In this document: piece after piece, positions 11,001-18,230 of the stretch
Position numbering within the stretch: position 1 is the first letter of the stretch
Layout of the letters: every line of letters starts with the position of its first letter
From: Caldisericales bacterium
GTDB lineage: Bacteria > Caldisericota > Caldisericia > JAAYUI01
Length of the DNA stretch: 64,000 nt
Direction: 5' to 3'
NCBI GenBank assembly: GCA_022707885.1
Contig: JAKIZT010000002.1
Coordinates: 34,458 to 98,457 of the forward strand
The notes under the pieces: generated by a model
Seen by the model: the letters and a program-made list of their open reading frames with translations, nothing else
Databases searched by the model: none
What the model was told of the DNA's origin: nothing
Translations under genes and position numbers: made by a program

Positions 11001-11238
11001 AGGCAAAACCGGCCAGGAAATGGAGCTTACAATAGTCTGCAAGGATGGTGCTTCACCATACGAAGTCACTGTCGATTTTGGAGATAATTCCAAGAAAGAG
11101 ATTTTCACCGCAATAAATGAAGAGCCACACACACTAACGCACACCTACATCTCAGCTGGCGATTACAAAGTGATTATCTCTGTTGACGACGCATTCGGCC
11201 TTAACAAAAAGGTTGAAAGAACCGTCCACATGAAGTAA
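8017..11238 (+). CDS. giant secreted surface protein: about 7 tandem LDxNNxPH(I/V)(A/S)W repeats (propeller-like), DUF11-type conserved-repeat domains, C-terminal PKD-like domain
   Basis: Signal peptide MLLSSFVATPLIKNVASA. Repeats AIDSLGRPHIAW, LDSNDMPHIIW, LDTNNRPHIAW, LDTNNRPHVAW, LDSNNNPHISW, IDTADMPHISW. DUF11-like TLTVxNxG blocks. PKD-like GDYKVIISVDD near the C-terminus. Confidence 0.7.
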   Translation: MLLSSFVATPLIKNVASATLWVNVKDQAYIPGPPTNANVSVNTGTSTEASLAIDSLGRPHIAWTDNTGTSPVATDIFYAWWDGTNWVNAQGTIYNGSNANVSKTRLASINPSLQLDSNDMPHIIWVDETWGNNYEPAYIHWDPVDARWEQDNDSSYDATGSCRISPPGQINYYNPCLRLDSNNLPHVSMTMDDKGDREIIYARLTAAGTTNWVSHNGTAWSGGGGMTAVIVSQTPGKDSEFSSLALDTNNRPHIAWQDMNWGVAWEIAYVHSNGTNWLNAPGNIWTPNSPNVSNNIPISIRPSLELDTNNRPHVAWSNMTASGNFDIFYVRWNGSSWVTVINVAYNGTNANITNNTGDSNTPSLELDSNNNPHISWSDNTWNSNFEICYFYWNGSNWLCGNKQTYSPIDGTNVVVSANSGASLKPYLVIDTADMPHISWEDNTYDSNWEIMYVRLFFNMTGTFDLTKEVDVDGDLDFTDDTAPVRGGDTLTYRLNWSFDNPDSDPLRGAYITDAIPNGTTYMGGSANPAIASYSTDGGFTWITGDAPNGSPGGTILRWAIANDEEDDLVFTFQVLVDATVTSNICNRATFRHRFDRNIPLVSNEVCNTSGDIGFIKTSPKIDYFSDEIIIFTLTVNSAFNASTNVIVKDTFPVELMYLSSSEPVTVNGNTIMWGVGDMAVGEIRTLTISFRVLPDYNFGSEPLAVTNYAICTARGVEPVNSQATVTIHTRGATLTKTVNQRYFKKNEIVQFTLVVTNNGTDPLTEVTLVDELPNVLAYIPVEPPLGEVKNGIWTLYIGTVMPGESLTYVLSFNIDEHQIFGEETLEFVNNAILFTNELDPITAKAPFGIYRPKTQITKTAKAMVLRPTDLIVFTVTVSNVGGDVASEVFMTDLFPREFEFVSSRPANQGGATSVKYDIGDLQPGESKRFVLTFKIKNPDMLPRTSNMVLVNTGKVSALGLPDKYAYATIIIVPDNARRELSVVATWKGINTKTSEGKTGQEMELTIVCKDGASPYEVTVDFGDNSKKEIFTAINEEPHTLTHTYISAGDYKVIISVDDAFGLNKKVERTVHMK

Positions 11239-11262
11239 GATCAAAACACGATCATTAAAAAA

Positions 11263-11290
11263 GGCCCTCTAAAAAAGAGGGCCTTTTTTA
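11263..11290. terminator. bidirectional rho-independent terminator hairpin (ggccctct-aaaaa-agagggcc plus T-run)
   Basis: Perfect 8-bp stem flanked by A-run and T-run between convergent genes. Confidence 0.5.
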
Positions 11291-11316
11291 ATTTCCAAAC
11301 AAAGAAACAATCCAGA

Positions 11317-12258
11317 TTATTTTGAATGCCTGTAATATCTCATCTCGGCATATCTGTTCACAAAACCTATCCTTTCATAGAGGCGCTGTGCGCCCTTATT
11401 GGCATACTCGACATGCAGAAAGATATCGCCTCCGGACTCCTCTATGGCCGTTTCTATGAGTTTTCTTCCAATGCCATGGCTCCTGTTGTTTTTGTCTACG
11501 CCAACAAAAAGAAGGCATTTGTCGGGGATATAGCCCTGCATTCTCGTTTCAAGCATCACCACGGCACCAAACACTTTTCTGTTCTGGACAGCAAGGACAA
11601 CAAAACCACCCTTCCTCGGATCACCACCTATGGCATCATATATACCCCTTAGCGTGTCCTCGAAAGTATCTTCGTAGGGGTGGAGAGCATCCATAATAAA
11701 ACGTGCAAGATCATCGGCTGTTGTAAAGAATTCTAGCGAATTCAGCGAATCGGTTCTATAGATTTCTACTTTCCCACAATCGCCATCAAATGTGCCAACA
11801 AGCACAGGGCCATCATCCTCTTTTTTAGCTAGTCCGTCTGTTTCAAGCGCTGATGCAAGCTTTGAGACCATTGGGCCAAAAATTTCCTTGTCCCAAGACC
11901 CAAGCGACCCAAGAGCATCTTCAAATCCCAAGGGTGGGAGAGCATCAAGTTTTTCTTCTCCCTTTTTGGTTATCGAAATGACGACAGATCGCCTGTCACG
12001 CTTTGACTGGTTTTTCTTCACCATTTTTTTCATTTCAAGCCTGTTTACCACACCAGTCAGGGTAGAAATGCTTATTGAAACAGAATTGGAGAGTTCACTT
12101 GCAGTCATGGGGCCCTCGCGTAGAAGCTCCTGCATGACAGAGAGTTGCGGCAGGGTAAGCCCTGACTTGCTTATCGCAAGCTTTGATTTTTTTGCAATCG
12201 CATGATTGATTTTCCTGATTGAGCCCAAGATGTCAGTTTCAGTATAAGTTTTTTCCAT
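11317..12258 (-). CDS. MarR-family HTH regulator fused to a C-terminal GNAT acetyltransferase domain
   Basis: N-terminal …LTLPQLSVMQELLREGPMTASELSNSVSISISTLTGVVNRLEMKKMVKK… is a MarR winged helix. C-terminal …GIGRKLIETAIEESGGDIFLHVEYANKGAQRLYERIGF is a GNAT core. AGAGGG RBS before the ATG at 12258. Confidence 0.7.
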   Translation of the reverse strand: MEKTYTETDILGSIRKINHAIAKKSKLAISKSGLTLPQLSVMQELLREGPMTASELSNSVSISISTLTGVVNRLEMKKMVKKNQSKRDRRSVVISITKKGEEKLDALPPLGFEDALGSLGSWDKEIFGPMVSKLASALETDGLAKKEDDGPVLVGTFDGDCGKVEIYRTDSLNSLEFFTTADDLARFIMDALHPYEDTFEDTLRGIYDAIGGDPRKGGFVVLAVQNRKVFGAVVMLETRMQGYIPDKCLLFVGVDKNNRSHGIGRKLIETAIEESGGDIFLHVEYANKGAQRLYERIGFVNRYAEMRYYRHSK

Positions 12259-12369
12259 AAATTGCCCTCTAATTTTTTTGATTAGGAACATTATACATAA
12301 AATGCTGTTTATTACAAAATTTAAATGAGCCATATTTAATTATGCAAATAACATAATTTTACACATTTT

Positions 12370-12385
12370 GGTTTCAGTTGAAACC
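12370..12385. promoter_or_regulatory. perfect 16-bp palindrome GGTTTCAGTTGAAACC in a divergent promoter region (candidate MarR operator)
   Basis: Read directly in the sequence. About 110 bp upstream of the MarR-GNAT start and about 60 bp upstream of the divergent membrane-protein gene. Confidence 0.35.
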
Positions 12386-12444
12386 ATCTCGCAGTAACTT
12401 GAAGAACAATCTTGCACAAGATATAATTAGTGTGGAGGTATAAC

Positions 12445-12852
12445 ATGGACAAAACCGAAGTTTCACAGATTAAAACATCAGGTATCATACTTGGAATTAC
12501 ATTTCTTTTCATACCGATAGTGGCACTCATCTATTCTCTGGCTACATTCAAGAAGAACGAGAAAATACTTCTTGCCAAGTGGGACAAGGTCTCTGCTGAA
12601 AACAAGGAAAAACTCAGGACAATGAGCTCTGCACTCCTTGCAACATGGCACGCGGCATTTGCACAACTTGGGCTTTCATTGATGATAGCGGCATTTTTAG
12701 GCTACATGTATGGATTCGATGCATTGAATAAAACTGCTTTCATAAACACATTTATGTTCTTCTTTATAGCTGCTGCAGTAATAGTTCAGATCTGGGCCGG
12801 AGCAAATGGATTTATTCTTTCCAGAAACACCTACTCCCAGGAGGCCAAATAA
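12445..12852 (+). CDS. small membrane protein (2-3 TM), unknown function
   Basis: GGAGGT RBS before the ATG. Hydrophobic helices GIILGITFLFIPIVALIYSL and LGLSLMIAAFLGY. Confidence 0.5.
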   Translation: MDKTEVSQIKTSGIILGITFLFIPIVALIYSLATFKKNEKILLAKWDKVSAENKEKLRTMSSALLATWHAAFAQLGLSLMIAAFLGYMYGFDALNKTAFINTFMFFFIAAAVIVQIWAGANGFILSRNTYSQEAK

Positions 12853-12857
12853 TAAAA

Positions 12858-13484
12858 TTACTTAAATTGATCGATTTTATCTTGTGTAATTAATATAGAA
12901 GATTCAACGATATCTACCTTAGGAGCAATACTGTAATTGTATTCTTTTAAATGTTTTATTAGTCCATCGAGCTCATTATTCAAAGCGCATATCGATTGAT
13001 CTAATCCAAGTAAACCACCATTAGTAATTTTCTTGTTTACATTTCTACTTTCAGGTTCATCCAGTGTGATTAAATAACATTTAGATTTTCTATGCACATA
13101 CTTTAGTGCCACAGCTTCAAGATCAGCTTGTTTGTATCTCTCTCTCAATGTTGTTTTCGCACTAATTGCTATAGGACCTAATTGAAGTGTATATAAGATG
13201 AAATCGTAATTAACATTAGGAACGAACGCAACTCTTGCTTGCATATAAAAAGGAAGCAAATTTTCTCTAATAAACAAAGTAGCAAGACAAAGTTCAAAAA
13301 TTTTGCCATTTATTGCAACATTATCTTTATTATACTTATTTTTATATATATTCCAATATTGAACTATATAATCAGAAGGCTGAGTGTATTCAACTTTCCT
13401 AAAATCACTTACTAAAGTTTCAAAAATGTTTTCAGTTTTTGAATCTTTTTTTTTTACAATACCTATATCAAATAATAGACTCAT
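12858..13484 (-). CDS. hypothetical protein, candidate restriction endonuclease partner of the adjacent methyltransferase
   Basis: Start overlaps the MTase stop. Shares the AT-rich composition of the MTase gene. No motif recognised with confidence. Confidence 0.35.
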   Translation of the reverse strand: MSLLFDIGIVKKKDSKTENIFETLVSDFRKVEYTQPSDYIVQYWNIYKNKYNKDNVAINGKIFELCLATLFIRENLLPFYMQARVAFVPNVNYDFILYTLQLGPIAISAKTTLRERYKQADLEAVALKYVHRKSKCYLITLDEPESRNVNKKITNGGLLGLDQSICALNNELDGLIKHLKEYNYSIAPKVDIVESSILITQDKIDQFK

Positions 13485-14287
13485 TAAATCCTCCGATTTG
13501 TTTTTTTAAATTCAAAAAGATTATTCATTGTACTCTCTTTCAACAATCTTTTAAGCGCAAGTTGACAATAAGAACTGTCTATTTCAATACCAACACATCT
13601 TCTTCGATTATTGTGAGAAGCAATCAGGGTACTACCACTTCCCATGAATGGATCTAAGATTGTATCTCCAACATAACTAAACATTTTTATACATCTTTTT
13701 GGTAATTCTATCGGAAATGGTGCGGGATGTCCAACTTTTTTTTTACTCTCACCATTAAATGTCCAAAGCCCGTTTGTCCATTCCAAAAATTCATCACGCG
13801 TGATATCTGATATTCTAGAACCACTAATTTTTTTCCATCTTTTTTTATAAAAAACAACTATCAATTCTACCGGTGCAATAACATAAGGGGCTGACGCTGA
13901 TAACCATGAGCCCCACGCTGTTCTTCTTGATATATTTCCTTCATTCCATACAATTGTTGAATGATATTGAAAACCAATTTGTTTTGCTAATATAGTTAAA
14001 TCAGCTCCAACGCTTTGTTGGCCCCCTTTGTTTTTATCTAAAGGAATATTTAAACAAAATCTTCCATCATCTTTAAGCCAATCAAAAACTTTTTTCATCC
14101 ATTTTTCTGAAAATTCACAATATTCTCTATATGTTAATTTATCATTATGTTGATTATATTTTATATCAACATTATACGGGGGTGATGTGATAACTAGATC
14201 TATCGAATTTCTTCGAATACGTCTAGTTGATAATAAATCATCACAAATTATTTTTAAATCATCATTTTCAAAGATAACTTTTTTCAT
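13484..14287 (-). CDS. DNA methyltransferase, beta-class (N4-cytosine or N6-adenine)
   Basis: Motif IV VITSPPY near the N-terminus and motif I DPFMGSGST near the C-terminus (beta-class order). SPPY favours N4-cytosine MTases. Markedly AT-rich compared with neighbours. Confidence 0.8.
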   Translation of the reverse strand: MKKVIFENDDLKIICDDLLSTRRIRRNSIDLVITSPPYNVDIKYNQHNDKLTYREYCEFSEKWMKKVFDWLKDDGRFCLNIPLDKNKGGQQSVGADLTILAKQIGFQYHSTIVWNEGNISRRTAWGSWLSASAPYVIAPVELIVVFYKKRWKKISGSRISDITRDEFLEWTNGLWTFNGESKKKVGHPAPFPIELPKRCIKMFSYVGDTILDPFMGSGSTLIASHNNRRRCVGIEIDSSYCQLALKRLLKESTMNNLFEFKKTNRRI

Positions 14288-14323
14288 TATAACAAGGTTA
14301 ATTTGAAATTTTGCATTGTCAAA

Positions 14324-15553
14324 TCATTCCCAGGAGGCCAAATAGTGGACCTGCTCTTCGGTTAGCTTGTCTATTACGATTCCTACCGATTCAAGTTTGA
14401 GCCTGGCAACGTCCAGATCTACTTTTTGCGGAACTGGGACTACATCTTTTGCCAGGCTCTTTCCATTTTCCAGACCATAGAGAAGTGAAAGTGCCTGCAA
14501 TGAGAACGAGAGATCCATTATCTCTGCAGGGTGGCCATCGGCACACACCAGATTGACAAGCCTCCCTTCACCAAGCACGTAGATTTTTTTCCCAGAAGGC
14601 AGTGTATATTCCTGGATATTGTTTCTGGCTTCCCTGTGCGAAACTGCATAACTTCTGAGTTGGACCATCGACACTTCCACATCAAAGTGCCCGGCATTGC
14701 AAAGGATCACCCCATCTTTCAACAGGTCAAAATGTCTTCTGTCGATTATATTTACATCGCCTGTTGCAGTCACAAAGATGTCGCCAATTCTTGCTGCGTC
14801 TTTCATCTCCATAACCTCACAGCCATCAAAATAGGCTTCCATTGCCCTGATCGGGTTTACTTCAGTTGCCACAACCCTGGCACCAAGGCCTTTTGCCCTC
14901 ATTGCTAACCCTCTGCCAACCCATCCATAGCCAGCTATAACAACTGTTTTCCCACACACTGTCAGGTTGGTTGTTCTAACTATTCCATCCCAGGATGACT
15001 GGCCTGTCCCGTATCTGTTGTCAAAAAGATACTTGCTTTGGGCATCATTTACGGCGATTACGGGGCACGGCAATTTGCCTTCACGGGCAAGCGCCCTCAT
15101 TCTGGTCAAACCAGAGGTTGTTTCTTCTGTTGCACAAAGAACTTTTATTGAAGGGTGTTTTCTAACCATTGTCACAACAAGATCAGCACCATCATCAAGC
15201 ACAAGGTCGGGACCAATTGCCAGCGTACTCTCAATGTTTTCCTCATGCTCGGTTTCGCTCTCGCCCCTTCTCGCAAAAACATTCACCCCAAGGGAAGCCA
15301 GGCCGGCAGAAACATCATCTTGTGCAGTAAGGGGATTTGACGAGCAAATGGCCACTTCGGCACCCGATGATTTGAGTACTTTTGCAAGATATGCGGTTTT
15401 GGCCTCAAGATGTATCGACATGGAGATTTTGATTCCATCAAATCTGCCCTTTAGGTATTCCGAGAGATTTGTAAGGACAGGCATTCTTTTTGAAACCCAG
15501 TCTATTTTCAAAAGACCTGCATCTTTTAGTTTTTCATCATAAACTCTGCTCAT
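14324..15553 (-). CDS. ahcY: S-adenosyl-L-homocysteine hydrolase
   Basis: Short-type SAHH with an NAD-binding GYGWVGRGLAMRAKGLGARVVATEVNP segment. AGGAGGAG RBS before the chosen ATG (MSRVYDEK…). Confidence 0.85.
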   Translation of the reverse strand: MSRVYDEKLKDAGLLKIDWVSKRMPVLTNLSEYLKGRFDGIKISMSIHLEAKTAYLAKVLKSSGAEVAICSSNPLTAQDDVSAGLASLGVNVFARRGESETEHEENIESTLAIGPDLVLDDGADLVVTMVRKHPSIKVLCATEETTSGLTRMRALAREGKLPCPVIAVNDAQSKYLFDNRYGTGQSSWDGIVRTTNLTVCGKTVVIAGYGWVGRGLAMRAKGLGARVVATEVNPIRAMEAYFDGCEVMEMKDAARIGDIFVTATGDVNIIDRRHFDLLKDGVILCNAGHFDVEVSMVQLRSYAVSHREARNNIQEYTLPSGKKIYVLGEGRLVNLVCADGHPAEIMDLSFSLQALSLLYGLENGKSLAKDVVPVPQKVDLDVARLKLESVGIVIDKLTEEQVHYLASWE

Positions 15554-15640
15554 TAATTCTCCTCCTTGTACGAACAACAAAATAGCAGATTTCTTTTCCA
15601 TTTAAAAGTTTGTATTGAAAAGGATAAAAGCCCTGCTAGA

Positions 15641-16453
15641 ATGCTTTGCATGGACAGGAAAACGATTGCCCTCATTGTTGCTGGTATTCTTGCCTTTACA
15701 TCGATCGTACTCGACCAGCTTGGCCTCATAGAAGGCCTGAAAAACGGTTTTTTCATATATATCCTAATTTCAATCCTTATTATTGCCATAGGAATCGCAA
15801 GCAAAAATAAGGGTATCCTTATGGCATCAATCGTTTTTGGGGTGGCACTTTCTGTTGGGAAAACTATTTCCATGGGATATATGCCACTTGAAAATTTGAG
15901 TGTTGAATACTTCAGTTTTATTAATATCGTACTGCCAGGAATAATTCTTGGCATAGCCATATGGCAAAAAAAGTGGACTCTTGCATATTGTTTTTCAATG
16001 CTCTTTGCGTCATTCTTTGTTTCATCACTTGTCAAATCAGGCCTTGCTTCTCCAGTATGGTCGTGGGTTTCGCTTGGCCTCTCTTTTGTTGGGGCCCTGT
16101 GGATCATTCTATGGTCATCCAATTTTGAAGTAGTCAATACAAAAAGCAAATATTTGGCAGTGATTGGGCCCGTTTTTGCCGTTTTCCTCGCTACAGCTAT
16201 CCCAATTGAGGGGCCCTTTACAACAACTGCTCTCATCTTGTCAATTCTTACCTCATCCCTGTCATGTTTCTTCCTCGTCCAATCCAAGGGTGGGATTTTG
16301 GCCGTTTCAGCAATGCTACTGGCAATCTCATGGCCAATCATGCCTTCAAACTACTGGTTTGGCTGGCTCCCATTCATATTTGAAGTATCGGCATTCCTTT
16401 GCATCGGGATATATCTTGCCCAGACAAGGCCCCAAAAAGAGCTTATAGAATGA
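15641..16453 (+). CDS. polytopic membrane protein, unknown function
   Basis: Series of coherent TM helices. Divergent from ahcY. Start uncertain (ATG at 15641 or 15650). Confidence 0.5.
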   Translation: MLCMDRKTIALIVAGILAFTSIVLDQLGLIEGLKNGFFIYILISILIIAIGIASKNKGILMASIVFGVALSVGKTISMGYMPLENLSVEYFSFINIVLPGIILGIAIWQKKWTLAYCFSMLFASFFVSSLVKSGLASPVWSWVSLGLSFVGALWIILWSSNFEVVNTKSKYLAVIGPVFAVFLATAIPIEGPFTTTALILSILTSSLSCFFLVQSKGGILAVSAMLLAISWPIMPSNYWFGWLPFIFEVSAFLCIGIYLAQTRPQKELIE

Positions 16454-16655
16454 TTTTGCGCGGTAGTTGTAATATTTTTGCACACTAATTTATAGCTGCC
16501 ATTAAACATATTCTTAAACCCAACCAAATATCTGATACGGAATTAAATTCTGCAGGCGCTTTCTTTTAGTTATGTCCAAAACATTATCATCTTCCATTCT
16601 TAGCGTTGACAAGAATAGCAGCACTTTTAGAATCCAAAAAGAGGATAAAAACAAC

Positions 16656-17102
16656 ATGAATATTTGCCCAAAATGCAAAACGATATGTGACGAAGCCGAT
16701 GAAATTTGTCCAAATTGCGGTGAAGATTTTTCTGATTACGACGAAGAAGAACTCGAATCAGGATTTGAACCAGAAATTCTCTACATGGCCGACAACCTGG
16801 CAGAGGCTCAGGCCATAGTAGAATTTTTGAGAGAGAATGACATTGCTGCAACTTACATTGATCAATCTTCGCCAACAAGGTTCATGACCGCGATGAGACC
16901 TTCTTCAGCCAACTCAGTTCCAATTTTAGTTTCAGATGAGTCAATTGAGGAGGCGCAAGAGATGCTGGAGGAATATATGGCGGCAGTTCCAGATCTTGCC
17001 AGTGAGTTTCAGGATGACGAAGAAGATGATTTTGATGATGAAGATTTTGACGATGAAGACGATGATGAGGAAGAGGAGTACAAGGGTTCTCAAATTTGCT
17101 GA
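16656..17102 (+). CDS. zinc-ribbon plus DUF2007-like (putative signal-transducing) domain protein with a polyacidic C-terminal tail
   Basis: CPKCKTICDEADEICPNCGE zinc ribbon. …EILYMADNLAEAQAIVEFLRENDIAATYIDQ…VPILVSDESIEEAQEMLEEY resembles DUF2007. Tail DDEEDDFDDEDFDDEDDDEEEEY. AAAGAGGA RBS. Confidence 0.6.
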   Translation: MNICPKCKTICDEADEICPNCGEDFSDYDEEELESGFEPEILYMADNLAEAQAIVEFLRENDIAATYIDQSSPTRFMTAMRPSSANSVPILVSDESIEEAQEMLEEYMAAVPDLASEFQDDEEDDFDDEDFDDEDDDEEEEYKGSQIC

Positions 17103-17123
17103 TTTACTAGTCATCGGATAATA

Positions 17124-17158
17124 AAAAAAGCTGGTTTTTTCAAAACCAGCTTTTTTTA
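17124..17158. terminator. rho-independent terminator (aaagctggtttt / aaaaccagcttt hairpin, bidirectional)
   Basis: Perfect inverted repeat flanked by A-run and T-run, read in the sequence. Confidence 0.6.
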
Positions 17159-17210
17159 TTATCCAAAGGAACTATAGAAACTTATATTTGTGTATTTGTG
17201 CCAAAAAACA

Positions 17211-17243
17211 AAAAAAGGCCAACTTAAAAGTTGGCCTTTTTTT
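17211..17243. terminator. rho-independent terminator (ggccaactt-aaa-agttggcc plus T-run)
   Basis: Perfect hairpin flanked by A-run and T-run between convergent genes. Confidence 0.55.
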
Positions 17244-17263
17244 GTGGAAATTCTAGATTTGAA

Positions 17264-17797
17264 CTATTCTCTTCCAGTTCCTGGTGAAACAATGTTGATT
17301 GTGACCGGACGCTTGCGATATCTGACATCAAGGTTTGGATTGACTGTGCGTTCTGTCCTGCCTGCTTTGTCGGTTGCTCTTGTCAAAAGCTGGTAGGTTG
17401 AGCCCTGAATTGATGTGTTGAGCTCATAGGACCACTCATTTGTCTTGGTGTTCAGATTTGCCTTGAACCATGTTGAACCGCCATCAAGCGAGATTTCGAT
17501 GTTGTTGACTGGGGCTTGACCCTTGCACTCGCCCATTAGATTGAATGGAAGTCTGATTGTGTCATTCTCAAGAACATTGCTGCACCAGCTCTTTGGCGTC
17601 GGATCCGATGCCAAATCGGTATCAGCTGACCCACCGGTAGTTGCACCTGCGGGTGGTGGTGGAGGCGCACCGCCTCCTCCAGAAGGACATCAGCCATATG
17701 GTCTGAAAGCCGTTGAACCGTTGGTTCCGTAGGTCACCGGCATCATCAAACCACAGGCTAAGGCAAACAGTACTGAAACAACTAGTAGTTTTTTCAT
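17264..17797 (-). CDS. small secreted protein gene interrupted by an in-frame TGA at 17690-17692 (selenoprotein/readthrough candidate or pseudogene)
   Basis: AAAGGAG RBS 7 nt before ATG (17797). Signal peptide MKKLLVVSVLFALACGLMMPVTYGTNGSTAFRPYG, then TGA, then a same-frame continuation CPSGGGGAPPPPPAGATTGGSADTDLASDPTPKSWCSN… for about 140 more codons. The ORF track lists this as 17264..17614. Confidence 0.45.
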
Positions 17798-18011
17798 ATG
17801 TTTGGCTCCTTTCGCCTGAATTTATGTTAGTATTCAATCACAATTCAATCTTAAATGCAATGGTCCATTTTGGCGATATTTACACCAGATTTGTACTAGA
17901 TTCACAAATCACCACGCAAATGCTGTATTTTCTTACAAATAACGATTTTATATTTTCGCTTATTTTTCGGTAATATATCATCATATCATAAAAAAATCCA
18001 AAATTTACCAG

Positions 18012-18039
18012 GTTGAATGATAGTGTGATAACATTCAAC
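18012..18039. promoter_or_regulatory. inverted repeat GTTGAATG-N12-CATTCAAC in a 390-bp AT-rich leader upstream of deoB (candidate operator)
   Basis: 8-bp perfect arms read in the sequence. TTGAAT half-sites recur nearby. Confidence 0.3.
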
Positions 18040-18230
18040 AATAATTTCACATTTTGAATCTTGTTGACCTGTTATCAAATCAAATCAGAACTAAGCTATA
18101 TAAAATCAAAATTTCACAAATTTAAAAGTGAAGGTGATTTTAAGAAAACAATGGTAAAAAGCGAAATATCTGGAAGTGGTTTATTCTTATTTAACCAGAA
18201 TAATCAATTTAGACACTAATATAATTCTAT

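Noticed and set aside
15553-16341. 262-aa minus-strand ORF overlapping the plus-strand polytopic membrane protein gene
   Set aside because: The translation is low-complexity and lacks coherent domains. The plus-strand frame gives regular TM helices. It also would fuse onto the ahcY start. Treated as a shadow ORF.
17690-17692. Possibility that TGA is globally reassigned (code 4 or 25), explaining the in-frame TGA
   Set aside because: Well-supported genes in the window terminate at TGA at sensible positions (e.g. the ABC transporter …GGLNV-TGA), so TGA is a stop in this genome. A local explanation is needed.
17622-17837. 71-aa minus-strand ORF listed in the track upstream of the TGA-containing gene
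   Set aside because: It starts at a TTG in the +1 frame and runs across the real RBS (AAAGGAG) and ATG of the signal-peptide frame. The in-frame reading (ATG 17797) gives a canonical signal peptide instead.
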